Assembly (NCBI GenBank): GCA_023511915.1
Contig: JAIMAN010000002.1
Span: forward strand, 13,488-77,487
Length of the DNA stretch: 64,000 bases
Origin: Armatimonadota bacterium
Lineage (GTDB): Bacteria > Armatimonadota > Fimbriimonadia > Fimbriimonadales > GBS-DC
Reading direction: 5' to 3'
The notes below the pieces were generated by a model. The model had not been told where the DNA came from. It made no database searches and was given only the letters and a program-made list of their open reading frames with translations. Below are positions 43,780-53,363 of the stretch, piece by piece; the first letter of the stretch is position 1; every line of letters begins with the position of its first letter. Position numbers and translations under genes: made by a program.

Positions 43780-45300
43780 ATGTGGAGTGACGAGCAGACC
43801 CGCGAGAACTTGATGACCGAGTCGACGGAGGCGACGGCGAGCGTTGTGGAGACGATAGCGACCGAGCCGAGTACCGACATCGAGAGCGCACGCGACGCGG
43901 AGGCGGCTGTATCGGCGGACGCGCCTCACGAAACGCCAGCCCCCGTTGCCAGCGCGCCCGAACCAGCCGCCGATGCATCTGTGTCCCCGATAGCCCCTGC
44001 GCCTGAGCCTGTTGCTGCTGCCCCAGAATCCACCCCAGACGCCGAGGAACGCATCTCGATGGACGAAGCCATCGAGCAGAGCTTCCCGTCGTTCGAGCCG
44101 GGCGAGGTGATTCAAGCGACCGTCGTGCAGGTCGATCGCGACGCCGTGCTGGTCGATGTCGGCACGAAGACCGAAGTCAAAATCCCCAAAGAGGATCTGG
44201 CGACGGGCAAGGTCGAATCGGCGAGCGATGTGGTGCAGGTCGGCGACACGATCGATGTGAAGGTGATGCGCACGCGCGGCGAGGAAGGCACACCTGTGCT
44301 GTCCAAGCGCGAGGCGGACTTCGACAAACTCTGGGAGTCGATTGTTGAGGCGTACAACAATAAAGAGACGCGGGAGGCGATGGTCGAAGACGCGGTCAAG
44401 GGCGGGATTGTGGTCAACATTGGCGTGCGGTGCTTCGTGCCTGCCAGCCAGATTGCCCGTCGCTTGCCGCCGAACCAGCTCGATCGGCTGATTGGCGAGG
44501 TTATTCCCATCAAGATTATCGACCTTGACCACGAGCGGCGCAAGGCGGTCGCGTCCAACCGTCTGGCGGACGAAGAGATACGCCGCCAGCGCGAGGAAGA
44601 GGAGCGCAAACGGCGCGAGCGCGTGTTCGCCACTCTCAAGGTCGGCGATCGGTTCACAGGTGTGGTCAAGCGCATCACGGGCTACGGCGCGTTCGTGGAC
44701 ATCGGTGAGTACGAGGGGCTGTTGCACATCAGCGAGTTGTCGTGGGCGCGTGTGGAGAACCCGCGCGAGGTCATCAAAGAGGGCGACCAGATTGAGGTCG
44801 TCGTGATTCGCTTAGAGCCAGAGAACGGCAAAGTCGCGTTGAGCCGCCGTCAAGCGATGCCTGACCCGTGGCACCTGGCGGCACAGCGGTATCGGGAAGG
44901 AGAGGAGCTGGAAGTGCCCATCACGCGCGTGGCGCGCACGGGCGCGTTTGCCCGCGTCGATGAGGGCGTCGAGGCGTTCCTGCCCCTGTCGGAGCTGACC
45001 AGCAAGCGCGTCAAATCGCCCGATGAGGTCGTCTCCGTCGGCGATGTGGTCAAGGGGCGGATTATCGAGTTAGACCCGCGCCGACGGCGCATGGTGCTGA
45101 GCCTGCGCGCGCCCGAAGAACAACGCGCCGTGCAGGAACACCGCCAACGCGCAGGCTCCAGCAAGAGCGGCGGCTTCACCATCGGCGAGCGGCTCTCGTC
45201 GCAGCTGCAGCAGTTGCGCACGGAGTCGCGGGAGCCGCAAAAATCCGCGGAAACCGACGATTCGGCGGCAGGAACCGAGACGGACGCCGCGAATGATTGA
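43780..45300 (+). CDS. rpsA: 30S ribosomal protein S1 (four S1 domains, acidic Ala/Pro-rich N-terminal extension)
   Basis: S1 motifs GDRFTGVVKRITGYGAFVDIG..EGLLHISE and GEELEVPITRVARTGAFARV. SD AAGGAGG. Confidence 0.85.
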   Translation: MWSDEQTRENLMTESTEATASVVETIATEPSTDIESARDAEAAVSADAPHETPAPVASAPEPAADASVSPIAPAPEPVAAAPESTPDAEERISMDEAIEQSFPSFEPGEVIQATVVQVDRDAVLVDVGTKTEVKIPKEDLATGKVESASDVVQVGDTIDVKVMRTRGEEGTPVLSKREADFDKLWESIVEAYNNKETREAMVEDAVKGGIVVNIGVRCFVPASQIARRLPPNQLDRLIGEVIPIKIIDLDHERRKAVASNRLADEEIRRQREEEERKRRERVFATLKVGDRFTGVVKRITGYGAFVDIGEYEGLLHISELSWARVENPREVIKEGDQIEVVVIRLEPENGKVALSRRQAMPDPWHLAAQRYREGEELEVPITRVARTGAFARVDEGVEAFLPLSELTSKRVKSPDEVVSVGDVVKGRIIELDPRRRRMVLSLRAPEEQRAVQEHRQRAGSSKSGGFTIGERLSSQLQQLRTESREPQKSAETDDSAAGTETDAAND

Positions 45301-45953
45301 TGCAACGGATTGCCATCACGGGCGGCGTTGCTGAAGGCAAGACGACGGTCTTGCGCATGTTCGAGTCGCTGGGCGCACAGGCGATGAGCAGCGACCAGTT
45401 AGCGGCGACGCTTCTCGCTCCAGGGACGGAAGTATGGGAGCAACTCATCAGGGAGTTTGGACAGGCGATTACAGCGGCGGACGGCGCGCTGGTGCGGGAG
45501 CGACTGGCGGCGCTGGCGTTCGGCGACCCCGCCGTGCGCAGGCGTCTGAATCGGATGATGCACCCCGCTGTGGTGCGGGCGTTGCAGGCGCACCTGCAGG
45601 CGCGCGAGCCGTCGCCGACGCCCCTCTTCGTCGAGGTACCGCTACTGATCGAGGTCGCGCTGCAGGGCATGTTCGATGCGGTCGTGGTGGTGCAGGCGAC
45701 CCCTGCGTTGCAACGCCAGCGTCTGATGGCGCGGGGCGTCCCACCCCAGCGGGCGCGGCAAATCCTGCAGGCGCAACTGCCGACCCGCTGCAAAACCCCC
45801 TTCGCCGACTGGGTGATTCGCACCCATCGCTCGCTGGAGCAGGTCGAAGCGCAGGCGCGCCGTATCTGGCGCACACTCACGCAGCAGGTATACTCGGTAG
45901 CGCAACGGAATTCGGTTTCGGGCGTCAAAATCGGGCAGGAGTATCGCGAGTGA
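45300..45953 (+). CDS. coaE: Dephospho-CoA kinase
   Basis: P-loop IAITGGVAEGKTTV. ATG 45300 overlaps the rpsA TGA (TGATG). Confidence 0.85.
   Translation: MQRIAITGGVAEGKTTVLRMFESLGAQAMSSDQLAATLLAPGTEVWEQLIREFGQAITAADGALVRERLAALAFGDPAVRRRLNRMMHPAVVRALQAHLQAREPSPTPLFVEVPLLIEVALQGMFDAVVVVQATPALQRQRLMARGVPPQRARQILQAQLPTRCKTPFADWVIRTHRSLEQVEAQARRIWRTLTQQVYSVAQRNSVSGVKIGQEYRE
45889..45894 (+). promoter_or_regulatory. -10 box (GGTATACT) inside the coaE 3' end, 97 nt upstream of the giant surface-protein gene
   Basis: Same GGTAYAMT motif. The downstream gene has SD GAGGAGG and a GTG start at 45991. Confidence 0.35.
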
Positions 45954-45990
45954 TACGGAATCTGACTACGGAAGAGGAGGTTCGAACGCA

Positions 45991-48900
45991 GTGATACGAC
46001 GATGGCGATGGCATCTGGCACTGGCGGGGCTGTTATTGGCTTGGACGGGCTACGCCGACGACGGCGCGGGGCAGAGTGAAGACCCCTACCGCGATCGTCC
46101 GTCGCGCCATGTGTTGCCCAGTTCCGCGTATAAGCCCATCCCGCCCCAAAACTACAAGATTGCGCCGCAGCGCGCCCCGCAAAGCGGCAGCGTGCAGTGG
46201 CGCAAAAACGGGCTGTTCGACCCGCAGCAGTTCCATCAGCAGCTGCAGCAACGGCGGCAACGCACGCGCGCGCCGCGCTGGGATCGCGACATCACCAACG
46301 CCGCGCCCGACGAGATTCATCCCGTGTATAACCCTGGCGCGGCGAAGATGTTCTTTGCCAGCAACGCGGGCGGGGTCGGGCAAGACGGGCGACTGGTGAA
46401 CCCCACGCCGCGCTACCGCATCTGGCGCGGCGACCTCGACGAAGGTTCCCAAACCTACTTGAGCAATCTGACGAACCTCACGCCGATTACGGGGGACACG
46501 CCCGACGAACAGTTCGGCAGCCAGATTCAGCCATCGCTTAACGCCTCCGCGAACATTATCGCCTATGCCAACCGCAGCGCGGCAGGCAGCTACAACATCG
46601 TCGTGCGCAACCTCAGCACGGGACAGCGCGTGGTGCTGACCTCCGACAACAACGGCGTCACGCAGAACCTTCGCCCCGCGCTGAGCCCCGGCGGCAACTT
46701 GGTGATTTTCTCGTCCAACCGTCTGCTTGCGAACGAGACGGAAGCCGACCGACGCTATCGCCTCTATGTCGCACGCACGGACGGACGCCCGTTCGAAGAC
46801 GGAACCTTCTTCAGGCGCATTACCTTCCCTGATCCAGGCGAGAACGATGTGGAGCCTGCGTGGTCGCCCGACGGCAACCGTGTGGCGTTCGCCCGCATCG
46901 CCGCCGACGGAACCAGCTACATCTATATGCTGGACTTCAACACGCTGACCGTCGTGCAGTGGACGACCTTCGTCGATAGCAACGGCAACCGCCCACGCGA
47001 CCGTCAACCGACTTGGGCGCAGATTGGCGACACGCCGTATATTGTCTTCTCCTCGACGCGCAAGTCGGGTCAGCCGCACCAGCTGGGCGAGCCGTCCGAC
47101 CGCGTTGATGTGGCGAACAACATCTACGATATTTACTACCTGCCCGCGCTGTTGCCCGAGCCGCCGTCGGCAGCGAACACGCTTTCGTTGACCACCGACC
47201 CCAGCACGGCGGCGTTGGCGCGCCCCGATGTGCCCGGCGTGGCGTCCTTTGTGCCCGCTGCGGGCGCGAAGTACCCGTCCGCCGCCATCGACACGCGCAA
47301 CCGCGTCGCGTACCACTCCACCCGCACGCAGGGCGCAGAGTCGCCCGGACCGGGCGTCCACGACCTGTGGGAGACGCTGGTGTTCGACCTCACGCCGCCG
47401 CTGATGGAGATCCTGCCCATCGTCAGCCCCAAGGAGTCGTTCCCTGGCGACACGGTCACGATTAAGGTGCGTGCGCTGGATCTGCAGAGCGGTATCGACT
47501 TCGTGCGCGTGCAGTTCAAAGATCCCGATAGCGCGGAACAGGACGCCGAAGGGCTGGAACACCGCCTGTACCAGCTGTTCCAGTTCGACATCTTCTTCCC
47601 GAACCGCATTCTGGTCGATCAGGGGCAGGCGTATGTGCCGCTGTTTGTGGAGGTCGGGCAGCAGGCGATTCACCCAGAGACCTACGAATACAAGGAGCCT
47701 TACAGCCTTGCACGGCTGGGCTTCGACGGGCGTATCGACGACACCCTGCTGTTGCAGCCCGAACTGGACGACAACGGCAACCCGACGGATTGGTATGTCG
47801 CCACATGGCGCACACCCGACATTCCGAGCGACTTCTACTTGGATGTGATTGTGCGCGACAATGTGGGCAACGAGTTTATTTACGACAATATTTCGGGCTT
47901 CACGACGCAGCAATTTACGGGCGCGCACAACATCCTGCTGGTCTCGGACTACATGGGCGGTCAAATTTTCGTGCAGAACCGCGTGGACGCGATTGGCAAC
48001 TCCATCACGCGCCCGACTTGGCAGCCCGTCGAGAGCTACTGGACGGACAACCCGACAGGCAAGCCGCCATTTGACCTTACGCAGCCGCCGAGCGGGCAGG
48101 GCACAACGATTCACGGCGACGGGGCAATCCCCCACCCGAACCTCCCGCCGGGCTTTTTCATCCGCTCCGACACGCTGGGGCAGAACACCACCTACGGCAA
48201 CTTGTATAGCATTTGGCGCGTGCAGTGCCGCAACCCGATTACGCCTGCCGTGCTGGCGGGCTACCAGCCGCGCACGGAGCGCGAGCCGACCGACCTCACA
48301 GGCGGCTTCCGCAACAAGCTGCACGCGACCCGAATGGTCATCTGGGGCAGCCCCTACGCAGGCAATGTGTGGGCGGGACCCGGGCACATCTTAGATCCCG
48401 AGGTGCAGACGCTAATCCGCAGCTACCTGCAAAACAGCGGGCGCATGCTGTTTAGTGGTCAGGACATTGCCTGGGCGCTGAGCTTGCGCGGCGCGGTCGC
48501 GAACCAATTCATGAACGACATCCTGCGCGTGTCGTTCGACAGCGACACTGCCGACGATGTGTTCTTCATCCCCTATCGCGGGCTGCGCCACATCCTACAG
48601 GGTGTCGCCCCGCCCGCAGGCGAGGATCCGAACCCGTTCGCCGACAACCCTGGTGGCATCGTCATCTGGACGCGGTTTGAAGGCAACGCGCGCGTTCCCG
48701 ACCAGCCGAACGAGCTGCGCTTGTCGCACCCCGCGGCGTATGTGGTGCTGCCGACCTTCGATACCTTCGATGTGATTCCGCCTGTGGGCGCGGGCACCGG
48801 TCCGCTCTACACCGACGCTGCGTGGAACCAAGTATGGATTGACACCGTGACCGTAGCGCCGTCGGCGCGCCCGACCTACATCTACACGCAGCCGCGCGTC

Positions 48901-51477
48901 AATCAGGGCGCGCTGCTGGGCACCTCCAACCAAGCCGGCTCTTACTACGCTAATGACGCGAACCGCTCGAAGGTCGGCTTCTTGGCGTTCGGCGTCGAGG
49001 GCGTCAATTCGGCGTATTCGCAAGGTCCGCAAGACTTGCTGTGGTGCCGCTCGCTGCGCAACAAAATCATCCACAACGCCTTCGGCTGGATGACGCATAG
49101 CGTGCTGGAGGGCGTGGTGCGCCAGTACGACCCCGACACGCGCACCTTCACCCCTCTGCCGCGCGCGCTGGTGCGCGTGGTGGGCATCGCGCCCCAAAGC
49201 GTTGCGGGCGTGAACGCAGGCTACGCCATCACCGACTCCAACGGATTCTACCGAATCGTGGGGCTGGAAGCGGGCGCGTATGTGGTGGACGCGGAGCGCC
49301 CCGGCTTCAAGACGCAGCACCCCGAAACCGTCGTGCTGGTGGCAGAGACCGCCACAATTAACCTAATTATGCTGGCGACGCCGCCAGGGCAGATCAGCGG
49401 GCGCGTCATCGATATCAACAACCAGCCTGTGCGCGGCGCACTGGTGCGCGCCACGAACACCACCGACCCCGAACTGACGCTCGAGATTGTGACGGACCCC
49501 GACGGCACCTTCCTGATCCCGCGTGTGCCCGTCGGCACTTGGGAGGTGACGGTCGTGTCGCTGGCGTTCGGCGGCTACACGCTGCCTCCTGTGCAGCCCA
49601 CGCCCGACGGCGTCTATCGCGATGTGCAGGTGCGCTCTGGGGAGACGACCAATGTTGGCGACTTCGTGCTGGAGCCTGAACCGGGCACGGTCACGGGAAC
49701 CGTCACAGACGCGAACACGGGGAACCCGATTCCGAACGCGCGCGTCACCGCGGTGGCGGGCACGAACACCCGCGCCGATGTGACCACCGACGAGAACGGC
49801 GTGTACAGCTTCGATGTGCCTGCAGGCGAGTATGTGATTACGGCGGTCGCGCCAGGCTACGCGCCTGAGAGCCAAACGCTGAATGTGCCCGCGAACACGA
49901 CAACCACGCTGAACTTCCAGCTGTCGCTGCTTCCGCCTGGCTCTGCGTCGGGACGCATCGTGCGGCGCTTCGGCGGCGCGCCTGAACCCGGCGCAACAGT
50001 GCGCCTGCGCTTCGGCACGGTGGATGTCCAAACCGCCACCACAGACCCGAACGGCAACTACAGCTTCACGAATGTGCCGCCCGGCGAGTATGTGGTCATC
50101 CCCGAAAAGACGGGCTTCACCTTCACGCCGAACCAGCGCACGATTACCGTGAACTCGAACCAGAACACGGTCATCGGCGAGTTCAAGTCGGAGCCGCTGC
50201 GCACCTTCTTCAAGGGTCGCTTCCTGGTCTCCGCGCCGTATGACTACACGCAGGATGTGCGCACGCTGCTGAATGTGCCTGCGTCGGCGACCTTCCGCTT
50301 CTTCAGCTGGGATCCGAGCCAGTCGCGCTATGTGTTCTATCCAAACGCCCCTGCGAACCGCTTCCAACTCGGACGCGGCTACTTTATCGAGACTTCGGAA
50401 GACCTGCCGCTTGCCATCGAAGGCACGGCTGCCGACACGAACCAGCCGTTCCAGATCCCGCTGCAAGTTGGTTGGAACCTCATCGGCAACCCGTTCACCT
50501 TCGATGTGAACTGGAGCCAGGTGCAGTTCATCGACCCCGACACCAACACGGCGGTCTCCCTGCCGACGGCGGTGGGCAAGGGCATCGTGGCGAACGCGCT
50601 GTGGGGCTACTCGTTCGGCAGCTACTCGGCGACGACCCGCATGAAGGTCTGGGAAGGCTACTGGGTGTACGCCTACCGCGCGACGACGCTGATTATCCCG
50701 CCCAGTGCGGCAGCGACCAGCGCGTCCAACCGCAGCGCGGGCGTGGATGCAGGCAGCTGGCGACTGACACTGGAGGTGCAGTCGGGCGACTTGAAAGATC
50801 GCGCCTACATCGGCGTGTCGCGCAGCGCAACGCCAGGCTACGATACGGCGCATGACCTACTCAAGCCGCCGCCCGTCGGCGCGGACTATGTGCACATCAG
50901 CCTGCCGCGCATGAGCTGGGGCGCGCAGAGCGGCGTGTACGGCGTGGACATCCAGCCCGCCACGCGCAGCGCAAGCTGGGAGTTCACCGTGGAGAGCAGC
51001 CAGCCGAACCGCGAGGTCACCTTGCACTGGCCCGACGCGCAGCAGCTGCCGCGCGCGGCGAACCTCGTGCTGGTGAACCTTGAAACGGGCGAGCGACGCT
51101 ACCTGCGCACTTCGGGCGCGTACACCTTCCGCACGAACGCCAGCGGCGTGAGCCGATTCCGCCTCGAAATGGCGTCCAGCGGCGGGCTGCTGCGCATCCA
51201 GCAAGTGCAGGTGCAGTCGGGGCGCGGCGCACAGCACACCGTCGCGTTCCAACTGACAGGAGACGCAACCGTGCAGGTGAATATCCTATCGGGCGGTAAG
51301 GTCGTGCGCCAGCTGCTGAATCAAGCGACCCGCAGCGGCGTGCAGCAAGCCAGCTGGGACGGGCGCGACCAGAGCGGAATCGCGCTGCCGCCCGGCGCCT
51401 ACACCGTAGAGATTCGAGCCGTGAGCGAAGACGGTCAGGTTGCTCGCGCGACCGCGCCGCTGGTGCTCACGCGCTGA
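45991..51477 (+). CDS. Giant exported protein (1828 aa): TolB/PD40-like beta-propeller, central region, four to five CarboxypepD_reg-like domains, shared C-terminal module ending in an FlgD-Ig-like domain
   Basis: Signal peptide MIRRWRWHLALAGLLLAWTGYA. PD40-like repeats (PALSPGGNLVIFSSNR, EPAWSPDGNRVAFARI). CarboxypepD_reg-like repeats (GRVIDINNQPVRGALVRA...DPDGTFLIPRVPVGTWEV and similar). C-terminus ...PPGAYTVEIRAVSEDGQVARATAPLVLTR. Confidence 0.8.
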   Translation: MIRRWRWHLALAGLLLAWTGYADDGAGQSEDPYRDRPSRHVLPSSAYKPIPPQNYKIAPQRAPQSGSVQWRKNGLFDPQQFHQQLQQRRQRTRAPRWDRDITNAAPDEIHPVYNPGAAKMFFASNAGGVGQDGRLVNPTPRYRIWRGDLDEGSQTYLSNLTNLTPITGDTPDEQFGSQIQPSLNASANIIAYANRSAAGSYNIVVRNLSTGQRVVLTSDNNGVTQNLRPALSPGGNLVIFSSNRLLANETEADRRYRLYVARTDGRPFEDGTFFRRITFPDPGENDVEPAWSPDGNRVAFARIAADGTSYIYMLDFNTLTVVQWTTFVDSNGNRPRDRQPTWAQIGDTPYIVFSSTRKSGQPHQLGEPSDRVDVANNIYDIYYLPALLPEPPSAANTLSLTTDPSTAALARPDVPGVASFVPAAGAKYPSAAIDTRNRVAYHSTRTQGAESPGPGVHDLWETLVFDLTPPLMEILPIVSPKESFPGDTVTIKVRALDLQSGIDFVRVQFKDPDSAEQDAEGLEHRLYQLFQFDIFFPNRILVDQGQAYVPLFVEVGQQAIHPETYEYKEPYSLARLGFDGRIDDTLLLQPELDDNGNPTDWYVATWRTPDIPSDFYLDVIVRDNVGNEFIYDNISGFTTQQFTGAHNILLVSDYMGGQIFVQNRVDAIGNSITRPTWQPVESYWTDNPTGKPPFDLTQPPSGQGTTIHGDGAIPHPNLPPGFFIRSDTLGQNTTYGNLYSIWRVQCRNPITPAVLAGYQPRTEREPTDLTGGFRNKLHATRMVIWGSPYAGNVWAGPGHILDPEVQTLIRSYLQNSGRMLFSGQDIAWALSLRGAVANQFMNDILRVSFDSDTADDVFFIPYRGLRHILQGVAPPAGEDPNPFADNPGGIVIWTRFEGNARVPDQPNELRLSHPAAYVVLPTFDTFDVIPPVGAGTGPLYTDAAWNQVWIDTVTVAPSARPTYIYTQPRVNQGALLGTSNQAGSYYANDANRSKVGFLAFGVEGVNSAYSQGPQDLLWCRSLRNKIIHNAFGWMTHSVLEGVVRQYDPDTRTFTPLPRALVRVVGIAPQSVAGVNAGYAITDSNGFYRIVGLEAGAYVVDAERPGFKTQHPETVVLVAETATINLIMLATPPGQISGRVIDINNQPVRGALVRATNTTDPELTLEIVTDPDGTFLIPRVPVGTWEVTVVSLAFGGYTLPPVQPTPDGVYRDVQVRSGETTNVGDFVLEPEPGTVTGTVTDANTGNPIPNARVTAVAGTNTRADVTTDENGVYSFDVPAGEYVITAVAPGYAPESQTLNVPANTTTTLNFQLSLLPPGSASGRIVRRFGGAPEPGATVRLRFGTVDVQTATTDPNGNYSFTNVPPGEYVVIPEKTGFTFTPNQRTITVNSNQNTVIGEFKSEPLRTFFKGRFLVSAPYDYTQDVRTLLNVPASATFRFFSWDPSQSRYVFYPNAPANRFQLGRGYFIETSEDLPLAIEGTAADTNQPFQIPLQVGWNLIGNPFTFDVNWSQVQFIDPDTNTAVSLPTAVGKGIVANALWGYSFGSYSATTRMKVWEGYWVYAYRATTLIIPPSAAATSASNRSAGVDAGSWRLTLEVQSGDLKDRAYIGVSRSATPGYDTAHDLLKPPPVGADYVHISLPRMSWGAQSGVYGVDIQPATRSASWEFTVESSQPNREVTLHWPDAQQLPRAANLVLVNLETGERRYLRTSGAYTFRTNASGVSRFRLEMASSGGLLRIQQVQVQSGRGAQHTVAFQLTGDATVQVNILSGGKVVRQLLNQATRSGVQQASWDGRDQSGIALPPGAYTVEIRAVSEDGQVARATAPLVLTR
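50290..51474 (+). other. Shared C-terminal module, copy 1 (GWNxIGNP motif at 50470-50496)
   Basis: Collinear with 54950-56282 and 57700-58997. Blocks are PLQVGWNLIGNPF, WEGYWVYA, WRLTLEVQSGD, EVTLHWPD...LVLVNLETGERRYL, and the FlgD-Ig-like tail. Confidence 0.75.
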
Positions 51478-51506
51478 GAACAGACTATGAAGGAGGAGCA
51501 ATCAGG

Positions 51507-53282
51507 GTGAAAACACGGATGAGACGAACTTGGACGACGCGCACAGTGTATCTCGGCGTGCTGAGCATGCTCGCAGTGGGGCTGCTCTACCCGCTGGGCG
51601 CTGTGCGCGCCTACGCCCAGCTGGTGCAACTGCCGCGTGTGGCAGTGCTGGACTTCGAGAACAAAAGCGGCTTCGGTGGCGCGAGCATCGCGCGCGCAGC
51701 CACCGACGCCGTGGCAGGCGAATACCAAAAGTCGCGCAAGTTCGAGGTGTTGGCGCGCGGCGAAATCGAACAGCAACTCAAAGACCTTGATCTCTCGACG
51801 CCCCTCGATAAGACAGGGTTCTTGCGTCTGGGACGCGCGCTTCAGACCGAGTCGCTCATCACGGGCGAGGTGAACGCCGTGACCTTCGTGGGCAACCCGA
51901 AGCAGGCGCAAGTCGTGATCACCGTGCGGGTGATCGACATCGCGTCGGGTGAACCCATCAACGGCGCGGTCGCCACGGGCTTCAGCAACCGACGCCCTGG
52001 CTTCACGGGCGACGACGATACGCTGGTGCAAGAAGCCATCCGCAACGCTGCATTTGAAGCCGTGCGCACCATCAACAACTACACCATCCCTGAAGCGACA
52101 ATTCTAACCACGCGCGCGGGCAAAGAGGTGCTGCTGACCCGCGGCATTCGCGGCGGGCTGCAACCGGGCATGGAGATGATTGTCGTGCGGCGCGGCGAGG
52201 AGGTCGGACGCATCCGTGTGACCCAAGTTTCCGATAGCGACGCTGTGGGCGAAATCATCGACTTCGGGCGCGGCATTCAGAGCGAAGATCGCGCACGCGC
52301 CGTCTTCCGCGTGCCCAGCGTCGAGGTCAAAGCGGGGCGCGTGGTCACCGAGCGACCCCGCCAGCGCGGCGAGGGCAATAAACTGCTGCGGGCGCTGGGT
52401 CCGATTCTCATCATCGGGCTCATCGCGTTCGGCGTGGCGCGCGGCTCGTCGGGCGGCAACACTCCCGTACAGACAGTGCTGGCGGAGCCAAGCGCGGACG
52501 GCAACTTTGAACCGTTCGTGCGCGTCTCGTGGAAGACGACCCTCTTCGCCAAGAGCGCGCCCGACACCATCCAATGGCAAATCTACCGCTCCGATTTTAT
52601 CGGCACGGACGGCAACGGCAACCTGCAGCCTGTCGGCGTCACGCCTGGCAACCAAAACTTCTTCGTGGACTCGACTGTGCCGCGCAATGTGAGCTACGCC
52701 AGCTTGCCGCGCGAGGGCAGTGAAGACTTGGAACTGGAAGAACTTGAGGGCGCGCCTGGCGTTGCCCCCGGACGCTCGTACACCTACCAGATTGCGTTGG
52801 TCTACCGCGAGACACGCGAAGCTGAAGGTCAATCGCAGATTATCTATCGACTCTCTGACCGCGTGCGTTCGGGGCAGGCAACCGTGCTCCTGCCAGTGCA
52901 ACTGTTGACCCCTGTGCAGCGCAGCGAGGATGTCGACCCGAAGGATGTGCGCTTCAGCTGGCTGGCGGCGGAGGGCGCGAACGCCTACCGCGTGGAGGTC
53001 TCCACAGACCCGACCTTCAACGATCGGAATCGTACTTTCGTGTCGCCCGAGATTCTCTCAACTGCTGTGGGCGGCTCGCCTGTCTCCACCGAGCGCATCA
53101 ACCTTGAGACAGGGCTGCTCAATCGGCTGGGGCTGACAGGGCAACGGGTCACACTCTACTGGCGCGTCGGGGCGCGTAATCTTGGGGACAATCCTGGTCC
53201 CATGCCCGGACCTGGCGGGCTGCGCTATGTGTGGAGCCGACCGTTCGAGTTCACCACACAAGAGCTGCCGCCCAGCCCGTAG
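51507..53282 (+). CDS. Exported/membrane protein: CsgG/LpoB-like N-terminal domain, small beta-barrel domain, basic stretch plus TM, Fn3-like C-terminal half
   Basis: GTG start with SD GAAGGAGGAG and a signal peptide. RVAVLDFENKSG...SLITGEVNAV...VRVIDIASGEPI, a mid-protein TM LLRALGPILIIGLIAFGVA, then WLAAEGANAYRVEVSTDPTF (Fn3-like). Confidence 0.7.
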   Translation: MKTRMRRTWTTRTVYLGVLSMLAVGLLYPLGAVRAYAQLVQLPRVAVLDFENKSGFGGASIARAATDAVAGEYQKSRKFEVLARGEIEQQLKDLDLSTPLDKTGFLRLGRALQTESLITGEVNAVTFVGNPKQAQVVITVRVIDIASGEPINGAVATGFSNRRPGFTGDDDTLVQEAIRNAAFEAVRTINNYTIPEATILTTRAGKEVLLTRGIRGGLQPGMEMIVVRRGEEVGRIRVTQVSDSDAVGEIIDFGRGIQSEDRARAVFRVPSVEVKAGRVVTERPRQRGEGNKLLRALGPILIIGLIAFGVARGSSGGNTPVQTVLAEPSADGNFEPFVRVSWKTTLFAKSAPDTIQWQIYRSDFIGTDGNGNLQPVGVTPGNQNFFVDSTVPRNVSYASLPREGSEDLELEELEGAPGVAPGRSYTYQIALVYRETREAEGQSQIIYRLSDRVRSGQATVLLPVQLLTPVQRSEDVDPKDVRFSWLAAEGANAYRVEVSTDPTFNDRNRTFVSPEILSTAVGGSPVSTERINLETGLLNRLGLTGQRVTLYWRVGARNLGDNPGPMPGPGGLRYVWSRPFEFTTQELPPSP

Positions 53283-53289
53283 CACGCTT

Positions 53290-53319
53290 GGGGCGTAGGC
53301 TCAAGGAAACCTACGCCCC
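53290..53319 (+). terminator. Hairpin between the second and third genes of the surface locus (terminator or attenuator candidate)
   Basis: GGGGCGTAGG-ctcaaggaaa-CCTACGCCCC, a 10-bp perfect stem 8 nt after the stop, followed by GCTTGGTCGTCTTTATAG. A TATAGA hexamer follows at 53332. Confidence 0.45.
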
Positions 53320-53363
53320 GCTTGGTCGTCTTTATAGACAGCAATTATCGGGAGGAATAGCCG

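Noticed and set aside
46033-48387. 784-aa minus-strand ORF (and 49363-50853, 496 aa) inside the giant surface-protein gene
   Set aside because: These are antisense to a frame with a signal peptide, PD40 and CarboxypepD_reg repeats. Their own products are low-complexity Arg/Ala/Val-rich with no start context.
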